In this document: piece by piece, positions 40,619 through 50,140 of the stretch
How positions within the stretch are numbered: the stretch's first letter is position 1
How the letters are laid out: every line of letters starts with the position of its first letter
Assembly (NCBI GenBank): GCA_965209155.1
Contig: OZ242383.1
Location: 992,001-1,056,000 of the forward strand
Direction: 5' to 3'
Length of the DNA: 64,000 nt
From: a bacterium
GTDB lineage: Bacteria > SAR324 > NAC60-12
Notes under the pieces: generated by a model
Databases searched by the model: none
Told to the model about the DNA's origin: nothing
The model's input: only the letters and a program-made list of their open reading frames with translations
Made by a program: the position numbers and the translations under genes

Positions 40619-42112
40619 TTATACCGTGTGTTCGCTCCCTCCAGGGCAAACTCGAACTCCAGGGCGGAGATTTTTATAAGGCAGGGTTTCGGGTTGATCG
40701 ATAAAGGCTCCGGGGGCTTTCACCACCAAAATTTCTTCAGCAATGGGGTCAAAATCTGCACGAAAATGAACGGTGCTTTTAAGCCCAAGAATCTTCTCTT
40801 CAGCAGGTTCAATGCCGAGATGGCGAAATAACGCTTGATCGGCGGCCTGCATCCGATGAGTGGAGACCACAACCCGGACTCCGCCAATACGCAATAACGC
40901 CATTGGGCCCAATTGGGCTTTCAAGCCACCATAGTGGGGACCTGTGCAGGTGATCTTTCCATCGCCCAACTTTTCAATTTTGAATTTTCCTTCAAAGGGA
41001 GGATCCCCTTCTGTGAATACTTTCCCGCCCAAAGAAACTTGAATCTCCGCCCCTTCTCCAGCATCATGAGCCGCTTGAGCCACTTCGGGATCGACCATGA
41101 TTCCCAAAACACAATCGTCTGCTTGTAATCGAACCATTGCTCTCAATAATCCGGTTGTGTCTGATGTGGCACCAGCCCCACTGTTGTCTTGCACATCTGC
41201 AAGGACCGTAGGTTTATGGGCATTGGAGTCTATGGCTTTCTGCACCGCATCCTCTGGAGATTGAAAAGGCACCTGGAATTCCTTTTCACGAGCCACAATA
41301 TAATTGTAAAGCGCATCCACTGCACCATCCGCACTGGCTTGATCATCCCCATACGCAACGACCACGGGTCCGCAATCCCGAATGTCTGCTGCAGGAAAAC
41401 CGGGTGTGAAAGAAATGAGTTGAACTCCTGGGGTTTGCTCCAGTTCTTCAAGTTTCTTGTAAACTCCTTGAGTCGGTTGCATCATGGTGCATTGCCCGGT
41501 TAAAGGAATCAAGAACGGCAATGCTCGTCGTGCTTTGGCAGGTTTGGAACCCACAAGGATGTTGTGAAGGAAGTGTGCCGCACGTCGACCGGTCGCAGCA
41601 TTATCCACATGAGGGTACGTTCGACAGGCAACCAGTCCATCGGTCAGAGTGAGCATCGCTTCTGTCGTGTTGGAATGTAGATCCAAGCTCGCTACCAAAG
41701 GTATTTCCATCCCAATCACTTCACGGACTCGCCGGATCAGTTCCCCTTCAGCATCCTCAAGGTGTTCTGTAACCATTGCTCCGTGAAGACAAAGGTACAC
41801 CGCGTCGTAAGGCATATTCGTTGTTAATCCTTCTATAATGAGAGCAGACATGCGTTCAAAAGCATCTTCCGTCACATGAGCTGCTGTCTCTGCAAAGGCC
41901 CAGGCAATCGGGATGAGTTCATATCCGAGCGGTTGAACTTCTTCAACAAAACCCCCAGTGCCAATGTTGACTCCAGTTAACTTTTCAATGACTGCTTGGC
42001 CTTGCAACAATCCGGGGAAGAATCCCGGTCGGCTGAAATCGTCCCAAGTGGTTTTCATGGGAGCAAAAGTATTGGTTTCATGAATAAAACCGGCATGTGC
42101 GATACGAGCCAT
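40619..42112 (-). CDS. M81 family metallopeptidase (MlrC-like)
   Basis: HETNTF, LHGAM, DLHSN, YPHVD, DNSGAG and KSTVHFRADF. Confidence 0.92.
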   Translation of the reverse strand: MARIAHAGFIHETNTFAPMKTTWDDFSRPGFFPGLLQGQAVIEKLTGVNIGTGGFVEEVQPLGYELIPIAWAFAETAAHVTEDAFERMSALIIEGLTTNMPYDAVYLCLHGAMVTEHLEDAEGELIRRVREVIGMEIPLVASLDLHSNTTEAMLTLTDGLVACRTYPHVDNAATGRRAAHFLHNILVGSKPAKARRALPFLIPLTGQCTMMQPTQGVYKKLEELEQTPGVQLISFTPGFPAADIRDCGPVVVAYGDDQASADGAVDALYNYIVAREKEFQVPFQSPEDAVQKAIDSNAHKPTVLADVQDNSGAGATSDTTGLLRAMVRLQADDCVLGIMVDPEVAQAAHDAGEGAEIQVSLGGKVFTEGDPPFEGKFKIEKLGDGKITCTGPHYGGLKAQLGPMALLRIGGVRVVVSTHRMQAADQALFRHLGIEPAEEKILGLKSTVHFRADFDPIAEEILVVKAPGAFIDQPETLPYKNLRPGVRVCPGGSEHTV

Positions 42113-42227
42113 AAAATTCCTTTTGTAAAATAATTTCTAAGTTTCTCTTCCGAATGAAAAAGAATAAGCTAATACCATCATCTTTTGATCTTCTTCTATT
42201 AATTTGCCATAAAGAAAGCGTTGTATT

Positions 42228-43748
42228 TTACATTTTCTTCCAATCCGTTCCTTCCTGAAACCCATGGGCAGCACGGTAAATGGTGGATTCGTTAAAATGC
42301 TTTCCAATGAGCATTAAACTGATTGGGAGGCCCTCTGACATCCCACAAGGAATGGCCATTGCCGGGTGGTGAGTGAGATTAAAGGGGGAGGTATTTGCGA
42401 GCATCTCGCTCGCCCTTTGAAAAGATTCCTCTCGACTGGCATCAGAAGCTGGAATCGGTTGAGACTTAACCGCAGTGGTCGGCATCGCCAGCAAATCATA
42501 CTCATTCAGAACCTTGTCATACGCAGCTCTCAGCAGTCTACTCAGGTTGATGGCCTTTCCATAATAGCGACTGCCGTAATACTTTCTCATGTAGGTGCCA
42601 AACATCGTCACCAATTTCACGGTTTCAGAGAGTTCATTCGCCCGGCTTCGCCAATTCCTGTGAAAATCCATCAGACTGGTGACGTACAAATCAGGTCTGC
42701 TCACTCCATAGCCATCGCCCCACATCATGGTTTGTGTGGTTCCTTCCACACCAATAGGGGAAGCGATTGCTGGTCCAACGAGATGCATAGGAATGGAGAC
42801 TTCGTCTACCGTTGCCCCTAAAGACTTCAATGCAGCAGCGGCTGCCTGGACTTTTTCATTCACATCTTTTTCCGCGTTTTCCTGCAGGGTCCCTTCTTTG
42901 ACCACGGCAACCTTCATGCCTTTCAAACCCTCTGTTCCTTGGAGAGCCTCCGTGTATCGCTGTGTTTTCACATTGGTTTGCCTGGGATCATATCCATCGA
43001 CACCGGCAATCACTTCCAGCATTAACGCATTGTCCTCAACATTATTGGTCATAGGACCTGTATGATCGATGCAAATCTCGATCGGCATGATGCCTGTATA
43101 AGGGACAAGCCCATGGGTAGGCTTCATTCCATATATTCCACAGTAAGAGGCGGGCACTCTAATGGATCCCCCTTGATCTCCACCAATCGCGAGATCGACC
43201 TCTCCTGCCGCAACAAGGGCAGCACTGCCAGAAGATGATCCGCCAGCACTATATCCTCTTTTATGGGGGTTATGTAACGGTCCTTTTGCATTGGTATGAC
43301 TGCCACCAGACGCGCATAAATATTCACAGTGGGCTTTTCCGACAATCGTTGCGCCTGCATCCAAAAGCCGGGTGACCACCGTCGCATCTATGTCAGGAAC
43401 ATACCCCTCCAAAGTGGAAGCTCCATTCATCATGGGAACGCCGGCAAGCATGACGTTATCCTTCAAGACAACGGTTTTTCCCTTAAGTTTTCCCCGAGAA
43501 GCTCCCTTCACTTCACTTTTTACGTACCAGGCATTATACGGATTTTCTTCGTCCCTGGGCTGGTATCCGGGGGTTCGTGGATACTTCACAAGCGGAAGAT
43601 GATCAGGCATCGCGTCAACCAGGTTGTAAGCATCTACATTCTCCTGAAACAGGCCCCTATAAGATTCAACATCCGCATCCGTTAAATCCAGACCCATTTC
43701 ATCGGCGAGTTCTCGTATTTGTTGCGGTGTTGGTAATTGTACAGCCAT
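42228..43748 (-). CDS. Amidase signature enzyme, the intact source of the fragments
   Basis: LKDN, GGSSSGS and GGDQGGSIR. Confidence 0.93.
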   Translation of the reverse strand: MAVQLPTPQQIRELADEMGLDLTDADVESYRGLFQENVDAYNLVDAMPDHLPLVKYPRTPGYQPRDEENPYNAWYVKSEVKGASRGKLKGKTVVLKDNVMLAGVPMMNGASTLEGYVPDIDATVVTRLLDAGATIVGKAHCEYLCASGGSHTNAKGPLHNPHKRGYSAGGSSSGSAALVAAGEVDLAIGGDQGGSIRVPASYCGIYGMKPTHGLVPYTGIMPIEICIDHTGPMTNNVEDNALMLEVIAGVDGYDPRQTNVKTQRYTEALQGTEGLKGMKVAVVKEGTLQENAEKDVNEKVQAAAAALKSLGATVDEVSIPMHLVGPAIASPIGVEGTTQTMMWGDGYGVSRPDLYVTSLMDFHRNWRSRANELSETVKLVTMFGTYMRKYYGSRYYGKAINLSRLLRAAYDKVLNEYDLLAMPTTAVKSQPIPASDASREESFQRASEMLANTSPFNLTHHPAMAIPCGMSEGLPISLMLIGKHFNESTIYRAAHGFQEGTDWKKM

Positions 43749-43865
43749 TTTTTACTTTCCTTAAAAAGTTTACAAAATTTCTGATTATATCGGATTAAGG
43801 GGTCTTCAATAATTTCAATGAGTTGGCAGTCCTCAAAGGGGCCCATAATCCGTTCTCTTTATAGA

Positions 43866-43942
43866 AACGGTAGGGCGGGGTGACGTCCCCGCCAAAACAG
43901 GCATGGCCCCCTCTGGCCGGGACGTCACCCGGCCCTACCGTT
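43866..43942. repeat. REPIN-like GTAG palindrome, third copy with a different loop
   Basis: aacggtagggcggggtgacgtccccgcc...ggccgggacgtcacccggccctaccgtt. Confidence 0.85.
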
Positions 43943-44033
43943 GTTTCGAGGTTCCGTCAGATCGGCTTTGATTTTTGACCCCTCCCTTTAATCCCTTACA
44001 ATCAGCAAAATTTCTTTCCGCTCCCCTTAGATC

Positions 44034-45125
44034 CTAGCGGTAATAGAGGGAAACGCCCTCGTGGAAGACGTGAATCTTGGGGGGCTCGGCGGTCAGTTTG
44101 ACCGAGTTGCTGCGCAACCCTGTGTGAATGCCCGGTAGCTTTGCGAGCATGGTATCCTTGTCCTGCACCCGGTCAAAGTGGAGCAGGGTCACTTCGCCCA
44201 ATTCCTCGGTGATGCTCACCTTGCCCTCGAAAATATAATCGCCGTCGGTTTCTACCAAATCCTCCGGCCGAACCCCAACGTTGACCTTCAGGCCTTCCTC
44301 CGAGCTTCGCGTCGGGGCAGCCGAGACGGCAACCCCGCCGGTGTCGAGTTTGATGGTGGTCTGCTCTCCCGTGCCGACGACTTCGCCGGGAAGCAGGTTC
44401 ATGGCGGGCGAGCCGATAAACTGGGCGACAAACTCGTTTTGGGGACGGGTATACAGTTCCAACGGTTTGCCGACCTGACCAATACGCCCACCGGGGGTGA
44501 GCAACACGATGCGGTTTGCCAGGGTCATGGCCTCCACCTGGTCGTGGGTCACGTAGATCATGGTGCTCTCGGGCATCGACTCTTTGAGCTGGGCGATCTC
44601 AATCCGGGTGGCCACCCGCAACGCCGCATCAAGATTGGAGAGCGGCTCGTCGAACAGGTAAACCTTGGGGTCACGCACGATCGCCCGGCCGATGGCAACC
44701 CGCTGACGCTGGCCGCCGGAGAGCGCCTTGGGCAGTCGTTCAAGATAGGGCTCCATCTGGAGCATCCGCGCGGCCTGCGTGATGGTGGTATTGATCGCCT
44801 GACGCGACTTCTTGGCAAGCTCAAGGGCAAAGCTCATGTTCTTGTGCACGTTCATGTGCGGATACAACCCATAGGACTGGAACACCATCGCGATACCACG
44901 CTGGGCCGGTGGCACATCGTTGACGACCTGCCCTTCGATCTCCAGCGTGCCCGACGTGATGGTCTCGAGCCCGGCGATCATGCGCAAAAGGGTCGTCTTG
45001 CCACAGCCCGACGGCCCGAGTAAGACGATCAGTTCACCCTGCTCGATATCAAGATTGATATCCTCGAGGGCCTTGACCGCTCCTCCATAGATTTTTTCGA
45101 CGTTGGTCAACTTCATTTCGGACAT
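44034..45125 (-). CDS. Sugar ABC transporter ATPase (MalK/AglK-like)
   Basis: GPSGCGKT, LSGGQRQR and FDEPLSNLDA. Confidence 0.95.
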   Translation of the reverse strand: MSEMKLTNVEKIYGGAVKALEDINLDIEQGELIVLLGPSGCGKTTLLRMIAGLETITSGTLEIEGQVVNDVPPAQRGIAMVFQSYGLYPHMNVHKNMSFALELAKKSRQAINTTITQAARMLQMEPYLERLPKALSGGQRQRVAIGRAIVRDPKVYLFDEPLSNLDAALRVATRIEIAQLKESMPESTMIYVTHDQVEAMTLANRIVLLTPGGRIGQVGKPLELYTRPQNEFVAQFIGSPAMNLLPGEVVGTGEQTTIKLDTGGVAVSAAPTRSSEEGLKVNVGVRPEDLVETDGDYIFEGKVSITEELGEVTLLHFDRVQDKDTMLAKLPGIHTGLRSNSVKLTAEPPKIHVFHEGVSLYYR

Positions 45126-45192
45126 CGGTCCCTCCCTGTCTATTTAACCTGAGTTCGACATAAATCTTCAATAAGGAGTATCCAGGTGTATA

Positions 45193-45270
45193 TGTCATCC
45201 TCGCGAAAGCGGGGATCCAGATTTCAGTTTAGCTGCATACCTCTGGATTCCTGCTTTCGCAGGAATGACA
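45193..45270. repeat. Palindromic element of the GTCATyCyCGCGAAAGCGGG type
   Basis: tgtcatcctcgcgaaagcggggatccaga...tctggattcctgctttcgcaggaatgaca. Confidence 0.75.
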
Positions 45271-45417
45271 AGGTTTCTCTTAAGATATGAAGATTCCATA
45301 AAATATTGAATTTATTAAATTCTTATCTCGAAAGATTACTTAGGGTCCGGCGCGTCTGCCGGACCCGGTTCATGGACGCCACGTGTCGCGACGCTCTACC
45401 CTCAATTCTTCAACCGG

Positions 45418-46575
45418 TCACCCTTTGATCGATCCGGCCAACAGGCCACGCAAGAAATATCGTTGCATGGCGAAGAAGACCGCCAACGGTATCGCCATAG
45501 AAATGAAAGCCCCCGTCGACAGGAGATCCCATCGGCCGCCGTGGGCAGTCATCATTCTGACAATGGCACTTGTGATGACGTCGCGGCCACTAGCGGCGTC
45601 GATCAGAAACACTATGGGCCCCAGGAGATCGTTAAACGTCCACAGAAACTGGATGATCGCGTACGAGGCGAGCACCGGAATGCTGAGCGGCAGAATGATC
45701 CTGATAAAAATCTGGAAATCATTCGCGCCGTCGAGCTTGGCGTTTTCGATAATTTCGCGCGGTATGCGGACCATGTAGCTGTACAAAAGAAAGATGGCGA
45801 ACGGCAGTGTGGCCGCGGATTGGGCGAGCCATATGCCCAGAAAACTCTTGCCGATACCGATGTCCACATGCAGCTTCAGAATGGGGATCAAGGCAACCTG
45901 GGGCGGCACGACAAGGCCCGCGACGACCGCCGCGATCAACAATGCATTGCCTCGGAAATTCATCCAGGCGAGCGCGTAGGCGGCAAATGCGGCCATCACG
46001 ATTGGGATAATCGTCGACGGAATTGCCATGGTCAGCGTGTTGATAAAGGGCTGCCTCAAACTACGTGGGTTCCTCTTATCGAACAGCATCCAGTGGTAAT
46101 TTTCGAGTGTAAATTCGGGTGGCGCTCTTGCCGTGACGAATACGCGTTGTCCGCGACCGCTCAACTGATCGTCGTTGCCGCGCCAGACATAGTCGCCGTT
46201 GGCCTGAACAGTGATGCTTTCGCCGTCTCCCAGGTCGGCCACGTCGCCGGGAACATAGACATCACTCGCTCGCGACTTGGTGCCCCAGAGGATAATCTTC
46301 TTCGAGGCCGCCTCGCCGAACAGGTTGCCCGAGACCGTAAAGACGTCGCCGTCAGCCCGGCGAAAGTCGTCCGGATCGGCGGCCCGGAAAACTTTGTTCT
46401 GCTCGGTTGTAAAGAACGCTGTCCACCATCCTGAAACAGTGATCTGGTCCCTGGTTCGGAACGAAGAGACGAACAGACCCAGCGACGGAGTCACCCACAT
46501 CGCGACCAGCAAAACGACCGTGATGCGCACGACCCATTTTTTGAGAGATGATTTGGTTTCTACTATTCCATCCAT
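45418..46575 (-). CDS. Sugar ABC permease (AglG-like)
   Basis: EAA loop IPREIIENAKLDGA and QRYFLRGLLAGSIKG. Confidence 0.92.
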   Translation of the reverse strand: MDGIVETKSSLKKWVVRITVVLLVAMWVTPSLGLFVSSFRTRDQITVSGWWTAFFTTEQNKVFRAADPDDFRRADGDVFTVSGNLFGEAASKKIILWGTKSRASDVYVPGDVADLGDGESITVQANGDYVWRGNDDQLSGRGQRVFVTARAPPEFTLENYHWMLFDKRNPRSLRQPFINTLTMAIPSTIIPIVMAAFAAYALAWMNFRGNALLIAAVVAGLVVPPQVALIPILKLHVDIGIGKSFLGIWLAQSAATLPFAIFLLYSYMVRIPREIIENAKLDGANDFQIFIRIILPLSIPVLASYAIIQFLWTFNDLLGPIVFLIDAASGRDVITSAIVRMMTAHGGRWDLLSTGAFISMAIPLAVFFAMQRYFLRGLLAGSIKG

Positions 46576-46594
46576 GGTCAATCCTCTTTTTCTC

Positions 46595-47806
46595 TTAGCG
46601 GATTTTGTACACATTCCAGATCATAAGCGGCGTCACTAGCAGCAGGAGGATGATCACAGACGCCGACCCGACGCCCCAGTCGAGGTCGTTGAACAGCTTG
46701 CGGTACAAGTAATTTGCCAGGATCTGCGTTTTCCAATTACTCATGGTGATCGTAAAGACAATGTCGAACACCCTCAACACGATCACCGTGACGATGGTCC
46801 ACACCACGACGATTGTGCCGACGATTTGCGGGATCTTGATGCGGAATAATAACTGGAACGGCGTCGCGCCGTCGATGATGGCGGCCTCAACCGTTTCCTG
46901 CGGAATGCCGCGCAGCGCCGCCGACAGGAACACCATGGCTAAGCCGGTCTGGGTCCAGATCATCACAGCCATCAGGAAGAAATTGTTCCAGAACGGTATC
47001 GTCAGCCAGCCCTGGGGTTTGCCGTAAGGCAGGGTGATTGTGAACACGTCGATCACGTTCAGAAGCGCCAGGACGGCAAGATAGGCTGCAGCCGCGCCGG
47101 CAGCTGCTCGCAGAGCCGCGCTGATGATTCCGCCCTTTCGTTCCTCCGGAATGAAGAAGGGGCGTAGGAACAGATAACAGACATACGCCGCCACCGCAGC
47201 GAAGCCCAACAGGATGATGGCCGGAAATATCCGCAGAAAAAGAAACGAGCCGTACCCGCCTTCAAACTGCATCCAGACTGCGTTCAGAACCCCGGCCACG
47301 GGGCGGACATCATACAACAGCATGAAGATCACCGAGGCGCCAACAAACGAGATCGCCATGGGCATGAAGAAGATCGACTTGGCGATGTTGCCCCAGGCAA
47401 TGCGGTCCGTCAGTTCGGCGATCAGGAGACCAAACGCCGTACACGTAGCGGGTACGACGATCAGCCACAACATGTTGTTGCGCATCCCTTCCCAGAATTT
47501 CGTATCGCTGAACATCTGCTGATAGTTCGCAAGACCGACAAACGCATCGCCTAAATCGCGGTCAGTGAACGACAAGCGCAGTGTTTCGAAAACCGGGTAG
47601 ACAGTGTAGACCCCTACCATGAGAATGACCGGGAAGATGAACAACCACGGCCGGATCATGTTGGCACGATTGATGTTGCGTCCGGCGTTCTCGCCGCGCG
47701 GCGGGAACAGGACTTTGTCGAGCAACTGATTGGAGAGGTAGAAGTAACCAAGGAAACCGCCGACACCGATGATGATGATGATGAGACCTTGGATTTCTGC
47801 GATCAT
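46595..47806 (-). CDS. Sugar ABC permease (AglF-like)
   Basis: PMAISFVGASVI and SAALRGIPQETVEAAIIDGA. Confidence 0.92.
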   Translation of the reverse strand: MIAEIQGLIIIIIGVGGFLGYFYLSNQLLDKVLFPPRGENAGRNINRANMIRPWLFIFPVILMVGVYTVYPVFETLRLSFTDRDLGDAFVGLANYQQMFSDTKFWEGMRNNMLWLIVVPATCTAFGLLIAELTDRIAWGNIAKSIFFMPMAISFVGASVIFMLLYDVRPVAGVLNAVWMQFEGGYGSFLFLRIFPAIILLGFAAVAAYVCYLFLRPFFIPEERKGGIISAALRAAAGAAAAYLAVLALLNVIDVFTITLPYGKPQGWLTIPFWNNFFLMAVMIWTQTGLAMVFLSAALRGIPQETVEAAIIDGATPFQLLFRIKIPQIVGTIVVVWTIVTVIVLRVFDIVFTITMSNWKTQILANYLYRKLFNDLDWGVGSASVIILLLLVTPLMIWNVYKIR

Positions 47807-47922
47807 GTTTCCGCTCTGCCTAAAATGTTGTTAAAAACGGTGCCGATGAGGATGGTGTAATCTTTGCCAAAAAAATCAGGATCCCGAACCGCCCGGCTCA
47901 GGATCCGTATGACCGTCCCGGA

Positions 47923-49404
47923 CTACTTGAGCCCGTCCCAGATCTCTTGGCAGACGCGTAACGCCTCTTTGGCAGACTTGCCACCGACATAGTCCACCAT
48001 GGCCCGGTTCAAGCATATGCCACCAACGGCGCTGGGAAATACCTCGCCTGCGTTGAACCGGAATGGGTCCGCGTTCCAGAGAATCTCATTCATCTTGGCA
48101 GTCGCCTCGTCAGCGAAAAGCGCCTTGTTGACGCCCTTGTGCGGCGTCAGGAAGCCGCCCTGAGCCATCCATAGCTCGTGCGCAATCGGCGTCTTTATCC
48201 ATTCGATAAACCCACGGGCTACTGGGCTGTCTTTGGTGATGGTCATAAAGGCACCTCCACCATTCACTGGGTATTTGGCAAAACCCGGCTTGTTGGCCGG
48301 TTTCGGAAAGTAGAAGAAGTCCCAGTCGCCGTATTTTTTATCTTTTGGTAAATACTGCGGCATGTACGTTCCCTGATGGTACATGTAGCACTCCGGCGGA
48401 TTGCTGAAGAGACCCGCTGCTGATGTTATCCAATTGAGGGTGGGTATACCATTCGGGCCACCGGCTACTTTTTTATCGTCGAGGAGAATTTCGCCCAATT
48501 CCTCGAGTGCGGCAACGATTCGGGGGTCATCCATTTTAATTTCGTTAGTGGTATACTTGTCGTACACGTCAATGGGCTGACTGCGCAGCAAAAAGTCTGC
48601 CATCAATTGTTGTGCCGTAAAACCCGTCCCATCACCAGCGAGCAGACCATGGCACCACGGGGTCCCGCCGTCGGCAACGATCCGATCTTCCAGCGCCTTC
48701 AGTTCTTCCATGGTCTGCGGGACTTTGTAGCCCTCATCCTCGAAGTTCTCGGGGACGTAATAGACATTCTCAAAATGGAAGGTAAAGTAATTGGGACCGT
48801 ACCAATGCTTCTTCCCGTCCGGACCTTCCCACATGGCGAAGTCAATCCAGTCCTGGCCGGAGGCGTAGTTGTCGCGAAACCAGTCGGCCAACTCGCAATT
48901 GGTCATATCGGAACACCAAGGGGTAAAGAAACCGCGCTTGGCCAAGTCCTTGCCAAAACCTACCAACTGGATTCCGGTGATATTCGGTGATGTTCCTCCT
49001 TCGGCGTTAGTCACCACAGCTTGCTTGAAGTCCTTTAAGTTGCCGAGGTGGCTGACCTTGGCACCGGTCGCTTCTGCGAAATAGGCCAGCGCGTTAACTA
49101 GGCCCGTCTCGAGGTCACCTCCCGTCCTTGTGGTGATCGTGAGTTGCTGGCCAGAATAGTCGTGCTCCTTCGCAAAGGCGTGATAGCTGTCCCAGTTGAA
49201 CCCGCCTTCGCCAATCGGGAATATGAGGTGGCTATCCGCATGCGCGACACCCGTCAGGGCGAAGATAGCGACCATCAAAGTCCCTATAAACCCGAATCTT
49301 TTTTTCATTTTTTTCCTAATCTTTTTCATAATAATTTCTCCAAATACGATTGATTTCATATTTATCTTTTTCATAATAATTTCTCCAAATACGATTGATT
49401 TCAT
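47923..49404 (-). CDS. Sugar ABC substrate-binding protein (AglE-like); true start uncertain because of a 5' tandem repeat
   Basis: Signal peptide ending VAHA, YYVPENFED.GY.VP.TMEEL, GGTPWC and HELWMAQGGFLTPH. Confidence 0.88.
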   Translation of the reverse strand: MKSIVFGEIIMKKINMKSIVFGEIIMKKIRKKMKKRFGFIGTLMVAIFALTGVAHADSHLIFPIGEGGFNWDSYHAFAKEHDYSGQQLTITTRTGGDLETGLVNALAYFAEATGAKVSHLGNLKDFKQAVVTNAEGGTSPNITGIQLVGFGKDLAKRGFFTPWCSDMTNCELADWFRDNYASGQDWIDFAMWEGPDGKKHWYGPNYFTFHFENVYYVPENFEDEGYKVPQTMEELKALEDRIVADGGTPWCHGLLAGDGTGFTAQQLMADFLLRSQPIDVYDKYTTNEIKMDDPRIVAALEELGEILLDDKKVAGGPNGIPTLNWITSAAGLFSNPPECYMYHQGTYMPQYLPKDKKYGDWDFFYFPKPANKPGFAKYPVNGGGAFMTITKDSPVARGFIEWIKTPIAHELWMAQGGFLTPHKGVNKALFADEATAKMNEILWNADPFRFNAGEVFPSAVGGICLNRAMVDYVGGKSAKEALRVCQEIWDGLK

Positions 49405-49414
49405 AATAATTTCC
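49322..49414. repeat. 45-bp tandem duplication of the RBS/start region
   Basis: tttttcataataatttctccaaatacgattgatttcata repeated, giving MKSIVFGEIIMKKI twice. Confidence 0.88.
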
Positions 49415-49918
49415 CAAATCTAGTTTTTTGAGATTGAAGGAATAAACATTCTTTCTCTGCTAACATGATTTCCCCATAGGCTTCTCCTGATAAGACAGTG
49501 ATTAAAGAATCCACCTTGACTAGCCGTCCGCGACTGGGCGTCCACCTGAGAAGGTGGTTTTGATAGGCCCCTGGAAAGGGTGGTTCGTGATCGTACTCGT
49601 GAGCCGTGCTCGTGCTCGTGAACGAAACGGCATCTCAGAGAACCCTAAATTCCCCGTCTCTTCTATTCGGAAACCCCTCTCAAAGGAATCGGGAACGTTT
49701 CTGTCGAGCACGTGCACAAGCACGATTACGAACACGTGCACGTTTCTGGCAAAGCCGATTGTCTCTGACCACAACTGGGCTGGGCCGCATTCGGATCCCC
49801 GCCCAAAGGACGTGGTTTCATCAGATAAAATGAAAAATTTTCCCCATCCACTGCTTCGGAAGGGGATGGATGGACAATCAGCTTCGGGATACAGCATCCC
49901 AAAAACTCTCTTTCTAGC

Positions 49919-49935
49919 TTCAAGCAGTGTGCCAA
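49919..49935 (-). promoter_or_regulatory. Candidate sigma-54 (-24/-12) promoter for the ABC/catabolic operon
   Basis: Minus strand TTGGCACACTGCTTGAA versus consensus TGGCAC-N5-TTGC; one mismatch at -12. Confidence 0.35.
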
Positions 49936-50140
49936 ATCTGAGACTATTCAGTTATCTTATTGTAATTATTATCTATTTTTAAAAAGGGGAGGGTTGGGAA
50001 TGCGAAGCAGGTGTTCAAATATGTTAACTTAAGCCGGGAGGAAATAGTAGTTAACCCACTGATATTAAATATTTATAGATCAAAATTCAGAATTTGAAAC
50101 ATGTTTAATATTTTGAACACAATTAAACTCTACTATTTAC

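Noticed and set aside
3349..43800. Diversity-generating retroelement as the source of the variant repeats
   Set aside because: No reverse transcriptase in the window, and the SDR2 block differences are not adenine-specific
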